Source: Escherichia coli
Lineage (GTDB): Bacteria; Pseudomonadota; Gammaproteobacteria; Enterobacterales; Enterobacteriaceae
DNA: 64,000 nt
Direction: 5' to 3' (one strand)
Assembly (NCBI RefSeq): GCF_003991155.1
Contig: NZ_CP031293.1
Shown: piece after piece, positions 11,988-21,760 of the stretch
How the letters are laid out: each line of letters opens with the position of its first letter
How positions within the stretch are numbered: position 1 is the first letter of the stretch
The notes under the pieces: model-generated
Told to the model about the DNA's origin: nothing
The model's database searches: none
What the model saw: only the letters and a program-made list of their open reading frames with translations
Position numbers and translations under genes: made by a program

Positions 11988-12932
11988 ATGAGTCCTGATA
12001 ATATCGGTTCGGCTGTCAATCGCTTCTCAGGTTGGCCATCTAATGATCCTCTAAAAACAGATAACGAATCAATGACATCACCCGTGACTGTGCAGGTAAT
12101 AAAGATGATTGCCGCCATCCTTGACCCATATCGGATAGTCGTTGGAATCGATACACTTTATACAACGCAGCGCGAAACATTTACCTCAGAGAGTCAACAG
12201 CTCATTGAATCAGCATTGCAAACACTTCATGTGATAAATTTAAATAACCTGGAAACAAATCTCGATGAGGACGGTCACTATCTGGCTTTTGGATATAACG
12301 TTGACACTCCTGACAGAATAACCGTTTCTGCTTATAATGAAAAAAAGCCTGGCTGCTATGGCCAATGTCTTTTAATACAGGATGACGAAACAGACTTATT
12401 TAACCTGATAAAAGTTAAAATTTTTGAAGCCAGGCATAATTATGTCGCTCAATTGATGAGCGATCCGGAATTTATGTTCAAATTTAGTTATAGCGCTCAA
12501 CAAAATAGATTAGAACCTCATCTTCTGGTTCCCACTTATTTCCCTCTAAAAACAAACGAACCGGTTACGCAAGAGGATGTACTGTTACTTTATCGTTTCT
12601 TTAAAATGGATGGTGATTTTAATATATTAACATCAGATGAATACATGAGTATCATGACACCTCTGATGAAGTGTGAGCGCAGCATCCACGACCACAACAG
12701 GTATGTGACGGGCAAAGATACCCTTCTTCTGGACTATCCTCCTTCTGGTAACCAGATATATTTCCATATTTTTCCTGACGAATCAGCAACACTAGTCCTT
12801 TATTTTTCAAACAATGACATTGAATGTTTCGTCTTTGAAAGAGATATTCCGAGCCAGTATCGCTTTTTCAAAATGTTTACCAATCTGGCACTGGTTATTG
12901 ATCAGTTAACCGATGCCAATCAAATACTTTAA
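11988..12932 (+). CDS. Hypothetical protein, 314 aa, no recognisable family; AT-rich gene with Ser/Thr/Pro/Asn-rich N-terminus
   Basis: Uninterrupted 945-nt ORF with an AGG-type SD about 9 nt upstream; visibly lower GC than the flanking cyd and glm genes; no TM segments or known motifs detected by eye. Confidence 0.55.
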   Translation: MSPDNIGSAVNRFSGWPSNDPLKTDNESMTSPVTVQVIKMIAAILDPYRIVVGIDTLYTTQRETFTSESQQLIESALQTLHVINLNNLETNLDEDGHYLAFGYNVDTPDRITVSAYNEKKPGCYGQCLLIQDDETDLFNLIKVKIFEARHNYVAQLMSDPEFMFKFSYSAQQNRLEPHLLVPTYFPLKTNEPVTQEDVLLLYRFFKMDGDFNILTSDEYMSIMTPLMKCERSIHDHNRYVTGKDTLLLDYPPSGNQIYFHIFPDESATLVLYFSNNDIECFVFERDIPSQYRFFKMFTNLALVIDQLTDANQIL

Positions 12933-13012
12933 TTTTTATATATTCCCTGTGGCAAATATTGCTAAACAATGCCCGGGGATTAATTTTTATTACTCACGGA
13001 AAGATTTAAATA

Positions 13013-13435
13013 ATGATCCCATCTCAAATCTCTTTCAACACCCTTCCTGTCAATGCAACATACGCTTCAGAGACAACAGTTGACACACAAAAATTCTCTG
13101 ACATCCTCTACTCAGCGGGGTGTTCCCTAAAGGATCTGGCTTATCTGAGCAGATGTCTGGCATCAATACATCCGACTATCGCCAAAAACATTTATGAAAC
13201 AGAAAATCTCAGCGATCAAAAATTACTACATATTGATTGCCGTAGTACAAATGAAATCAAGATAAATATCTTTTTTGGTCAACAACGAGAAGGATTAATT
13301 GAAATTAATTCTGACACTGTCATTTTTTCGATATTGTCTTCATTAATTGACTCCGCCATTTCTAAATTTCAACACCAAATCCCCGTTAACGGTTCAGTTA
13401 ATCGTGAACTATTGTATGAGGATTATACTGATTAA
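13013..13435 (+). CDS. Hypothetical protein, 140 aa, no recognisable family; second gene of the AT-rich module
   Basis: 423-nt ORF 80 nt downstream of the 314-aa ORF, same strand and same AT-rich composition; no known motifs detected by eye. Confidence 0.5.
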   Translation: MIPSQISFNTLPVNATYASETTVDTQKFSDILYSAGCSLKDLAYLSRCLASIHPTIAKNIYETENLSDQKLLHIDCRSTNEIKINIFFGQQREGLIEINSDTVIFSILSSLIDSAISKFQHQIPVNGSVNRELLYEDYTD

Positions 13436-13981
13436 ATCCACCCAGTCGCGAAAATGGCCTGCGTTATTGCCAGAGGTAATAAAACCTTTGATTAACGTTA
13501 CTCATACTGGTAGCACCTTCATGTACCTCTCTTTTTTACGAAAAATCAAAAGAGCTAACTAAGGTCATAATTCGCATGAATCATTAACCATTTGTTATTT
13601 TCAACATTATTTTTACATTAAGCAGAGATGAATTGCAGTGAAATTCGACTTAAATTTTATGAAATGCATTTACTCATGGCTAAACCCATATCACTAAAAT
13701 GCAAATTAGAAGTAGATCACAAATACCTCAATACACCAAATCAAGTTAATTTTAAAAATTTAACATTCATGACATTAGTTGACATAACACACTGAATTAA
13801 CATGAGAATTTAACAACATACTTTAAACAATCATTTCCCGAAAGACATTTTGAAAATAGATCAATTGCAACATTACGGTCAGATAAAGACACTCCTGTGA
13901 TATTAAACCTGTGCCGTTATGAACGGCCATAAATACGACGTGTGTAACTTATTTTACTCTCTGTCTTACAAAGGATTACCC

Positions 13982-14431
13982 ATGAAGAAAGCAACACTTG
14001 TGATTGGCGTTATTGGCGCGGACTGCCATGCAGTAGGCAATAAAGTTCTGGACCGCGTTTTTAGCAACCATGGCTTCAGAGTCATTAATCTGGGCGTAAT
14101 GGTCAGCCAGGACGAATATATTGATGCGGCCATTGAAACTGGCGCTGACGCGATTGTCGTCTCCTCTATCTATGGGCATGGCGATATCGACTGTCTGGGC
14201 ATGCGCGAACGCTGCATCGAGCGTGGACTGGGGGACATCCTGCTCTATGTGGGCGGTAACCTGGTGGTCGGAAAACATGACTTCGCTGACGTGGAAACCA
14301 AATTCAAAGAGATGGGATTTGATCGCGTCTTTGCCCCAAGTCATGACTTAGAAGATGTTTGTCAGCTGATGGCACACGATATCAACCAACGTCATGACGT
14401 TGATACTCGTATTCTTGAAGAGGCAATCTGA
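13982..14431 (+). CDS. glmS: Glutamate mutase sigma subunit (B12-binding, GlmS/MutS/MamA)
   Basis: ORF-track frame begins 13919; start set to [21 protein letters not shown] (AGGA SD 6 nt upstream). Strong resemblance to the Clostridium cochlearium GlmS B12-binding subunit (DxHxxG-type motif ...[10 protein letters not shown]...). Confidence 0.9.
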   Translation: MKKATLVIGVIGADCHAVGNKVLDRVFSNHGFRVINLGVMVSQDEYIDAAIETGADAIVVSSIYGHGDIDCLGMRERCIERGLGDILLYVGGNLVVGKHDFADVETKFKEMGFDRVFAPSHDLEDVCQLMAHDINQRHDVDTRILEEAI

Positions 14432-15819
14432 TGCAAATCGTCTCTGTCGATATTGGATCGACGTGGACCAAAGCAGCCCTCTTCGCCCGGGAGGGGGATG
14501 CGTTAACGTTGGTTAACCACGTACTGACCCCAACCACCACCCATCATCTGGCGAAGGGGTTTTTCTCCAGCCTGAACCTGGTGTTAAACGTAGATAATGC
14601 CCTCCCCCTGTTTAACAACGGTGAGGTTGCATTGAAGTATTCCTCCTCTGCCAAAGGTGGGCTGGCGGTTGCCGCAATGGGATTGGTGCCTTCTATCACC
14701 CTGGAAACCGCGAAAGTAACCGCTCACTCTGCGGGGGCTAAAATTGCGCAATATTACGCCTACAAGCTGAACCGCCGTGATATCCAGGCACTGGAAGAAA
14801 CGCAGCCCGATATTCTCTTGTTCACCGGCGGCACCGACGGCGGAGAAGAAAGCTACGGCCTGAATAACGCCCGTGTGCTGGCAGAATCCAAACTCGACTG
14901 CGCCATTATTTATGCCGGAAACCGGGATATTCAGGACGAGGTGCAGGAGATCCTAGGGCATAAAGACCTGACCATCGTCGACAACGTTCTGCCCGATCTT
15001 GACCATCCGAACCCTTTAGCTGCACGCCAGGCTATCTGCGACATATTCCTTAAACGCATCGTTAAAGGGAAAGGGCTGGATGTCGTTGTTGATAAAACAG
15101 GCGAAGAACCAATGCCGACACCGTGGACAGTCTTTGAACTGGTTAAGGCAATCAGTAATGTCGATCACAGCTGGAAAGAGTTCATGCTGATCGACATGGG
15201 TGGCGCAACCACCGATGTCTATTCCGCCTGTGCCAACACGCTCTCGCCCGACACCGTTTTACACGGCGTACCGGAACCCTTCGTGAAACGGACGGTGGAA
15301 GGCGATCTGGGAATGCGCGTCTCGGCAATGGTGGTTGGTGAAAGTGCGAAAGAGTTAGTCAATGTGAATTTTGCTCAGCAACCCGCACAGCTGGACGCTT
15401 TTTATCATTACCTCCGTCATCTAGTCGCTCATCCCGACTACTTACCCGCGAATGCAGAAGAAAAATATTTCGATACCGTCCTGGCCGGACTGTGTGTGGG
15501 TTATGCCACCGAAAGACATGCGGGCACCAAAAAAGAGGTCTGCACCTGCGTCGGCAATGTCGATTTACAGATGGGACGTGACCTGACAACCGTGCGTAAA
15601 GTCGTCGGATCCGGCGGATGGCTCTCGCGTGCCAGTCAGTTCGATATGCATCACTGGTTGAAATACCGCGAGTTAAACGACGACGGTAAACGCATTCTCT
15701 TACCGACCGAATTTGAATATTACCGCGATTCCCGGGGGCTATTACCACTGCTGGCAAACGTCGCCAGAGTCGATCCGCTGGCCGCCGCGCGCACCAGTAT
15801 TCAATGCTTAACCCTATAA
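14431..15819 (+). CDS. glmL: Glutamate mutase-associated protein GlmL/MutL (putative chaperone/reactivase)
   Basis: 462-aa ORF sandwiched between glmS and glmE as in clostridial glutamate mutase operons; ATGA start/stop overlap with glmS. Confidence 0.85.
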   Translation: MQIVSVDIGSTWTKAALFAREGDALTLVNHVLTPTTTHHLAKGFFSSLNLVLNVDNALPLFNNGEVALKYSSSAKGGLAVAAMGLVPSITLETAKVTAHSAGAKIAQYYAYKLNRRDIQALEETQPDILLFTGGTDGGEESYGLNNARVLAESKLDCAIIYAGNRDIQDEVQEILGHKDLTIVDNVLPDLDHPNPLAARQAICDIFLKRIVKGKGLDVVVDKTGEEPMPTPWTVFELVKAISNVDHSWKEFMLIDMGGATTDVYSACANTLSPDTVLHGVPEPFVKRTVEGDLGMRVSAMVVGESAKELVNVNFAQQPAQLDAFYHYLRHLVAHPDYLPANAEEKYFDTVLAGLCVGYATERHAGTKKEVCTCVGNVDLQMGRDLTTVRKVVGSGGWLSRASQFDMHHWLKYRELNDDGKRILLPTEFEYYRDSRGLLPLLANVARVDPLAAARTSIQCLTL

Positions 15820-15837
15820 CAATTAAGGCTGCAATCA

Positions 15838-17283
15838 ATGGAACTTCGAAATAAGAAATTAACCCATGACGAATTCATGACCGAGCGGCAACAGGTACTG
15901 AAAACCTGGGAAACCGGCAAGGATGTTGAAAACTTTGAAGATGGCGTTAAATACCAACAAACCATTCCTGAGCATAAACGCTTCTCTCTTGCCCTGCTGA
16001 AAGCAGACAAGGAAGGTAAAACTCTTAGCCAACCGCGCGCAGGCGTGGCGCTGATGGACGAACACATCGAACTACTGAAAACACTACAAGAAGAGTGCGA
16101 TCTGCTGCCGAGCACCATCGATGCATATACCCGTCTGAATCGGTACGAAGAAGCGGCTGTAGGGATTAAAAAATCCATCGAAGCCGGAACCTCTAAACTG
16201 AACGGTTTACCGGTCGTTAACCACGGCGTCGCAGCTTGCCGTCGCCTCACCGAAACTCTGCAAAAACCGCTACAGATCCGCCACGGCACGCCAGATGCGC
16301 GTCTGCTGGCTGAAATCTCGATGGCCAGCGGCTTTACCAGTTATGAAGGCGGCGGCATTTCCTACAATATTCCGTATGCCAAGCGCGTAACGCTGGAAAA
16401 ATCGATCCGCGACTGGCAGTACTGCGACCGTTTAATGGGGATGTATGAAGAACACGGGATCCGCATCAACCGCGAACCGTTTGGCCCACTAACGGGTACC
16501 CTGATCCCGCCGTTTATCTCGCACTCTATCGCGATAATCGAAGGCTTGCTGGCGCTGGAACAGGGTGTGAAATCTATCACCGTTGGTTATGGACAGGTCG
16601 GCAGCCTGACGCAGGATGTTGCGGCGATCCAGTCTCTGCGTGAACTTGCACACGAATATTTTCAGAGCTATGGCTATACCGACTATGAATTAAGTACCGT
16701 GTTTCACCAGTGGATGGGCGGCTTTCCGGAAGACGAATCGAAAGCGTTCGCTATTATCTCCTGGGGCGCAGCCGTCGCGGGGATGTCTGGTGCCACCAAA
16801 GTCATCACCAAAAGTCCGCACGAAGCCTGGGGCATCCCGACTGCCGCTGCCAACATTCAGGGGCTGAAAGCCTCCCGCCAGATGCTCAACATGGTCAACG
16901 AGCAGAAATTCCCGCCGTGCCCTGCGGTTGAACTGGAAATTGAACTGATTAAGAGCGAGGTTCGCGCGGTACTGAATAAAGTGTTCGAACTGGGTAATGG
17001 TGATATTGCGCGCGGTACGGTGCTGGCATTTGAAGCGGGCGTACTGGATGTGCCGTTTGCGCCAGCCGCCTGCAACGCGGGCAAAATTCTTCCGGTCCGT
17101 GACAACACCGGCGCGATACGCGTACTGGAAGCCGGAGCCGTTCCATTGCCAAAAGATATTCTCGACCTCCACCACGATTACGTTGCGGAACGCGCACGCT
17201 TTGAAGGACGCCAACCGACATTCCAGATGGTTGTAGATGACATCAATGCTGTATCCCACAGTAAATTAATAGGAAGACCATAA
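15838..17283 (+). CDS. glmE: Glutamate mutase epsilon (catalytic) subunit
   Basis: 481-aa ORF collinear with clostridial GlmE (MELRNKK..., ...SQPRAGVALMDEHIELL..., ...FHQWMGGFPEDESKAF..., ...FQMVVDDINAV...). Confidence 0.9.
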   Translation: MELRNKKLTHDEFMTERQQVLKTWETGKDVENFEDGVKYQQTIPEHKRFSLALLKADKEGKTLSQPRAGVALMDEHIELLKTLQEECDLLPSTIDAYTRLNRYEEAAVGIKKSIEAGTSKLNGLPVVNHGVAACRRLTETLQKPLQIRHGTPDARLLAEISMASGFTSYEGGGISYNIPYAKRVTLEKSIRDWQYCDRLMGMYEEHGIRINREPFGPLTGTLIPPFISHSIAIIEGLLALEQGVKSITVGYGQVGSLTQDVAAIQSLRELAHEYFQSYGYTDYELSTVFHQWMGGFPEDESKAFAIISWGAAVAGMSGATKVITKSPHEAWGIPTAAANIQGLKASRQMLNMVNEQKFPPCPAVELEIELIKSEVRAVLNKVFELGNGDIARGTVLAFEAGVLDVPFAPAACNAGKILPVRDNTGAIRVLEAGAVPLPKDILDLHHDYVAERARFEGRQPTFQMVVDDINAVSHSKLIGRP

Positions 17284-18524
17284 TGAAAATAAAACAGGCT
17301 CTGTTCACCGCTGGCTACTCCTCATTCTATTTCGATGACCAGCAGGCGATAAAAAACGGAGCGGGTCATGACGGCTTTTTTTATACCGGGGAGCCGGTAA
17401 CACAGGGGTTTAACGCCGTTCGTCAGGCCGGGGAGTGCGTATCAGTACAGTTGATTCTGGAAAACGGCTCGGTCGCCGTAGGTGACTGTGCTGCCGTACA
17501 GTATTCCGGGGCAGGTGGTCGCGATCCACTGTTCCTCGCTGAGCACTTTATTCCGTTCCTCAACGACCATATCAAGCCATTACTGGTAGGCCGCGATGTG
17601 GATGCTTTCCTGCCGAATGCCCGTTTCTTCGACAAATTGCGTATTGACGGCAACTTGCTGCATACCGCCGTGCGCTACGGATTATCACAGGCGCTGCTTG
17701 ATGCTACCGCGCTGGCAACCGGCCGTCTGAAAACTGAAGTAGTTTGCGATGAATGGCAGTTGCCACGCGTGGCGGAATCCATTCCATTATTTGGTCAGAG
17801 CGGGGACGATCGATATATCGCCGTCGATAAGATGATCCTTAAGGGCATCGACGTGCTGCCCCATGCACTGATTAATAACGTCGAAGAGAAACTGGGCTTT
17901 AAAGGTGAAAAACTGCGCGAATATGTCCGCTGGCTGTCGGATCGTATTCTGAGCAAGCGCACCAGCGCACGCTACCACCCTACCCTGCACATCGATGTAT
18001 ACGGCACTATCGGTCTGATCTTCGATATGGATCCGCTTCGCTGTGCGCAATACATCGCCAGCCTGGAAAAAGAAGCGCAAGGCCTGCCGCTCTACATTGA
18101 AGGGCCGGTCGATGCCGGTAACAAGCCCGATCAAATTCGCCTGCTGACCGCGATTACCAAAGAGCTGACGCGCCTCGGTTCCGGCGTGAAAATTGTGGCC
18201 GATGAATGGTGTAACACCTACCAGGATATTGTTGATTTCACTGATGCCGCCAGTTGTCACATGGTGCAAATCAAAACCCCGGATCTGGGCAGTATTCACA
18301 ACATCGTCGATGCGGTTCTTTACTGCAACAGCCACAGCATGGAAGCGTACCAGGGCGGCACCTGCAATGAAACTGATGTCAGTGCCCGCACCTGTGTCCA
18401 CGTCGCCCTTGCCGCTCGCCCTATGCGTATGCTGGTAAAGCCAGGGATGGGCTTTGACGAAGGCCTCGATATCGTCTTCAACGAAATGAATCGTACTATC
18501 GCGCTGTTGCAGGCTAAGGATTAA
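17283..18524 (+). CDS. mal: 3-Methylaspartate ammonia-lyase (beta-methylaspartase)
   Basis: 413-aa ORF highly similar by recall to the Clostridium tetanomorphum enzyme (MKI...FYFDDQ.AIK.GAGHDGF.YTG..., ...HMVQIKTPDLG..., ...CNET...); ATGA overlap with glmE. Confidence 0.9.
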   Translation: MKIKQALFTAGYSSFYFDDQQAIKNGAGHDGFFYTGEPVTQGFNAVRQAGECVSVQLILENGSVAVGDCAAVQYSGAGGRDPLFLAEHFIPFLNDHIKPLLVGRDVDAFLPNARFFDKLRIDGNLLHTAVRYGLSQALLDATALATGRLKTEVVCDEWQLPRVAESIPLFGQSGDDRYIAVDKMILKGIDVLPHALINNVEEKLGFKGEKLREYVRWLSDRILSKRTSARYHPTLHIDVYGTIGLIFDMDPLRCAQYIASLEKEAQGLPLYIEGPVDAGNKPDQIRLLTAITKELTRLGSGVKIVADEWCNTYQDIVDFTDAASCHMVQIKTPDLGSIHNIVDAVLYCNSHSMEAYQGGTCNETDVSARTCVHVALAARPMRMLVKPGMGFDEGLDIVFNEMNRTIALLQAKD

Positions 18525-18527
18525 CAA

Positions 18528-19898
18528 ATGGCTCGTTCTTTTAAAGTCTTATCGCCAACGGCAATCCTCGGGTATGGATTCCCGGAAGAGAGCTTCCGCA
18601 AAGCGATGGCAGAATCGCCCGATCTGATCGCCGTTGATGCAGGCTCTTCCGATCCTGGCCCCCACTACCTCGGAGCGGGCAAACCGTTTACCGATCGCGC
18701 AGGGGTCAAGCGCGATCTGCGCTATATGATCACCGCAGGCGTGCAAAATAATATACCGGTGGTGATCGGAACAGCTGGCGGTTCTGGTGCCGCACCACAC
18801 CTGGAGTGGTGCCGAGAAATAATTCATGAGATTGCCCGGGAAGAGCGACTCGTGTTCTCGATGGCGCTGATCCCGGCAGACGTTGACAAAGCCATCGTCC
18901 ACCAGGCGCTGGATAACGGCAAAATCACGGCGCTGGATTTTGTCCCGCCGTTAACCCACGACGCGATTGACGAAAGTACGTATATCGTTGCGCAAATGGG
19001 CATCGAACCCTTCCAGCGGGCGCTGAAAGAAGGCGCGCAAGTGGTGCTGGGCGGGCGCGCTTACGACCCGGCCTGCTTTGCTGCGCTCCCGATCATGCAA
19101 GGCTTTGATGAAGGTCTGGCGCTGCATTGTGGGAAAATCCTTGAATGCGCGGCAATCGCCGCAACGCCCGGCTCAGGCTCTGACTGTGCGATGGGCATCA
19201 TTGATGACAACGGCTTTACGCTGAAGACATTTAATCCGAAGCGTAAATTTACCGAAACGTCAGCGGCTGCACACACACTGTATGAGAAATCCGATCCCTA
19301 CTTCCTGCCTGGACCTGGCGGCGTGTTGAACCTGAAAGGCTGCACATTTAAAGCGGTCAATGACGGCGAAGTGTACGTCAGCGGTTCTAAGCATGAAGAA
19401 ACGCCGTATGCCCTGAAACTGGAAGGTGCGCGACGGGTGGGCTTCCGCTGTCTGACCATCGCAGGAACGCGCGACCCGATCATGATCGCCGGGATCGATA
19501 AAATCATCGATGAAGTCAAAACCAGCGTTTCACGTAACCTGTCGCTCGACGATGACAGCATTCGCATCAATTTCCACCTGTACGGCAAAAACGGGGTGAT
19601 GGGCGACCATGAACCGATGCAAACTGCCGGGCATGAGCTGGGGATTGTCCTTGATGTAGTTGCACCGACCCAGGAAATTGCCAATAGCGTTTGCTCGCTG
19701 GTGCGCTCTACCATGCTGCACTACGGCTATGAAAACCGCATCGCTACCGCAGGCAATCTGGCGTTCCCGTTCTCCCCTTCTGATATCCAGGGCGGGCCGG
19801 TATACGAATTTTCCATATATCACCTGATTGAAGCCAACGACGCTCTGCGTTTTGATTTCCATATTGAACAGGTGACGCCAGAAGGAGTTCAGGCATGA
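18528..19898 (+). CDS. Conserved hypothetical protein, 456 aa; family not confidently assigned (size and pairing reminiscent of AtuA-like DUF1446 proteins)
   Basis: ORF starting 3 nt after the mal stop with an AAGGA SD; no cofactor motif recognised by eye. The DUF1446 suggestion is from memory of domain architecture, not from alignment. Confidence 0.7.
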   Translation: MARSFKVLSPTAILGYGFPEESFRKAMAESPDLIAVDAGSSDPGPHYLGAGKPFTDRAGVKRDLRYMITAGVQNNIPVVIGTAGGSGAAPHLEWCREIIHEIAREERLVFSMALIPADVDKAIVHQALDNGKITALDFVPPLTHDAIDESTYIVAQMGIEPFQRALKEGAQVVLGGRAYDPACFAALPIMQGFDEGLALHCGKILECAAIAATPGSGSDCAMGIIDDNGFTLKTFNPKRKFTETSAAAHTLYEKSDPYFLPGPGGVLNLKGCTFKAVNDGEVYVSGSKHEETPYALKLEGARRVGFRCLTIAGTRDPIMIAGIDKIIDEVKTSVSRNLSLDDDSIRINFHLYGKNGVMGDHEPMQTAGHELGIVLDVVAPTQEIANSVCSLVRSTMLHYGYENRIATAGNLAFPFSPSDIQGGPVYEFSIYHLIEANDALRFDFHIEQVTPEGVQA

Positions 19899-20212
19899 AA
19901 CAGTCAATTGTCTCACTGGCGCAAGTCATTCGTTCGAAAAATGCCGGACCTTACGAACTGGTTTTAGATATTTTATTTAAAACGAAAGAAAACTATGAGC
20001 GAGTTAAATCATCAGGGCAATTAACCCCAGAACTGATTGCGCGCTTATATCATGTTGAACCTGACTTTATTCACCGTATTGTCTGGTTTGATCCTTCTAA
20101 CGCAGTAAAAATCGTCATGCCACGAGATATTATCTCCGGGAATGTAGGTGACAATGATGTCTATGGTGCACAGCAACATGCACCTTTATTAAATATGAGT
20201 TTCGATTTGTAA
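19895..20212 (+). CDS. Conserved hypothetical small protein, 105 aa (possible DUF4387-like partner of the preceding gene)
   Basis: ORF whose ATG overlaps the stop of the 456-aa gene (ATGA), implying translational coupling; no motifs recognised by eye. Confidence 0.6.
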   Translation: MKQSIVSLAQVIRSKNAGPYELVLDILFKTKENYERVKSSGQLTPELIARLYHVEPDFIHRIVWFDPSNAVKIVMPRDIISGNVGDNDVYGAQQHAPLLNMSFDL

Positions 20213-20295
20213 AAATCCGAATACTTTTAGCCAACTGACATCCCGTCACTTATTGCAGTTCAACACTTCAGCTATTTGTAAGGTTGTAATAGCAG

Positions 20296-20327
20296 GTAGA
20301 TGCCTGAATCTCTATTCAGGCATCTAC
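20296..20327 (+). other. Perfect 14-bp inverted repeat (gtagatgcctgaat-ctct-attcaggcatctac) in the 160-nt gap before the transporter gene; intra-operon terminator/attenuator or operator candidate
   Basis: Seen directly; followed by a T-rich tract (ttctcctgattctgattt). Confidence 0.4.
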
Positions 20328-20372
20328 TTCTCCTGATTCTGATTTATCGCCGTGCACCTGATGGAGGAAAAA

Positions 20373-21653
20373 ATGAAGAAAATAAGTTTAACCACGATGA
20401 TTCTTTTGGCGCTGGTACTTGGAATGATTATCGGCGTAGTGCTCAATAACACTGCTTCACCGGAAACCGCAAAACTCTATGCGCAAGAAATATCGATATT
20501 CACGACGATTTTCTTACGACTGATAAAAATGATTATCGCTCCGTTAGTGGTCTCTACCCTGGTGGTAGGTATAGCTAAAATGGGAGATGCCAAAGCCCTT
20601 GGTCGTATTTTTTCTAAAACACTCTTTTTATTTATTTGCGCCTCATTGCTGTCAATTGCCTTAGGCTTGATAACGGTAAATTTCTTCATGCCAGGCACAG
20701 GAATTAATTTTGTTGCACACGGTGCCGAAACCACCGGAGTGGTCGCGTCAGAACCCTTTACACTAAAAGTATTTATTTCGCATGCTTTCCCCACCAGCAT
20801 TGTCGATGCCATGGCACACAATGAAATTTTGCAAATCGTGGTGTTCTCAATTTTCCTCGGCTGTAGCCTGACGGCGATTGGTGAGAAAGGCAGCGCCATC
20901 GTTCACGCCTTAGATTCGCTGGCACATGCCATGTTAAAGCTCACTGGCTACGTCATGCTCTTCGCTCCCCTGACCGTATTCGCCGCTATTTCAGCATTGA
21001 TTGCTGAACGAGGACTGGCAGTTATGGTGAGCGCCGGGATCTTTATGGGTGAATTTTATTTCACCATGTTGTTACTTTGGGTGCTGCTTATCGGTCTGGC
21101 CATCGTTTATGTCGGCCCCTGCATCAGACGCCTGACCCGTGCCCTTTCGGAACCCGCCCTGCTGGCATTTACCACATCCAGTTCTGAAGCGGCTTTTCCG
21201 GGAACGCTTGAAAAACTGGAGCAATTTGGCGTTTCCCCCAAAATTGCCAGCTTTGTCTTACCCATTGGCTACTCATTTAATCTCGTTGGATCAATGGCCT
21301 ACTGCTCCTTCGCCACAGTTTTCATCGCCCAGGCCTGCAATATCCATTTATCCATCGGTGAGCAAATCACCATGCTGTTGATCCTGATGTTGACCTCGAA
21401 AGGAATGGCTGGCGTACCACGCGCCTCAATGGTGGTTATCGCCGCCACGCTCAACCAGTTCAATATTCCGGAAGCGGGGCTGATCTTGCTGATGGGCGTT
21501 GATCCGTTCCTTGATATGGGGCGTTCCGCGACAAACGTCATGAGCAACGCAATGGGCGCTGCGATGGTGAGTCGGTGGGAAGGCGAACATTTCGGCGAGG
21601 GCTGTCGGGGTAAAGCATTAAAACCCAATGAATCGAACGTTGCTCTGCCCTGA
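20373..21653 (+). CDS. Dicarboxylate/amino acid:cation symporter (DAACS family, GltP/GltT-like); putative glutamate or C4/C5-dicarboxylate uptake
   Basis: ORF-track frame begins 20352; start set to MKKISLTT with a GGAGG SD. Multi-TM protein with the family-typical layout; family call by overall resemblance to GltP/DctA-type carriers. Confidence 0.8.
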   Translation: MKKISLTTMILLALVLGMIIGVVLNNTASPETAKLYAQEISIFTTIFLRLIKMIIAPLVVSTLVVGIAKMGDAKALGRIFSKTLFLFICASLLSIALGLITVNFFMPGTGINFVAHGAETTGVVASEPFTLKVFISHAFPTSIVDAMAHNEILQIVVFSIFLGCSLTAIGEKGSAIVHALDSLAHAMLKLTGYVMLFAPLTVFAAISALIAERGLAVMVSAGIFMGEFYFTMLLLWVLLIGLAIVYVGPCIRRLTRALSEPALLAFTTSSSEAAFPGTLEKLEQFGVSPKIASFVLPIGYSFNLVGSMAYCSFATVFIAQACNIHLSIGEQITMLLILMLTSKGMAGVPRASMVVIAATLNQFNIPEAGLILLMGVDPFLDMGRSATNVMSNAMGAAMVSRWEGEHFGEGCRGKALKPNESNVALP

Positions 21654-21760
21654 GGGGGATCTTAAGCAATCAGAAGCCAATGACTACGCATTTTTATAAG
21701 CCGGATCATGAAGTTAGACGGCAATTAAGTAAAACTAACGTTTAAGGTGAAAAGTGAAAT

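Noticed and set aside
13919-13981. N-terminal 21-codon extension of the glmS ORF ([21 protein letters not shown])
   Set aside because: No SD for the upstream ATG, whereas the internal ATG at 13982 has an AGGA SD and gives the canonical GlmS N-terminus ([12 protein letters not shown]...).
15359-17259. Minus-strand ORFs (159, 162 and 189 aa) across glmL/glmE
   Set aside because: Antisense to strongly supported glutamate mutase genes; Arg/Cys-rich composition typical of out-of-frame translation.
17787-18527. 246-aa minus-strand ORF
   Set aside because: Antisense to the methylaspartate ammonia-lyase gene; no independent support.
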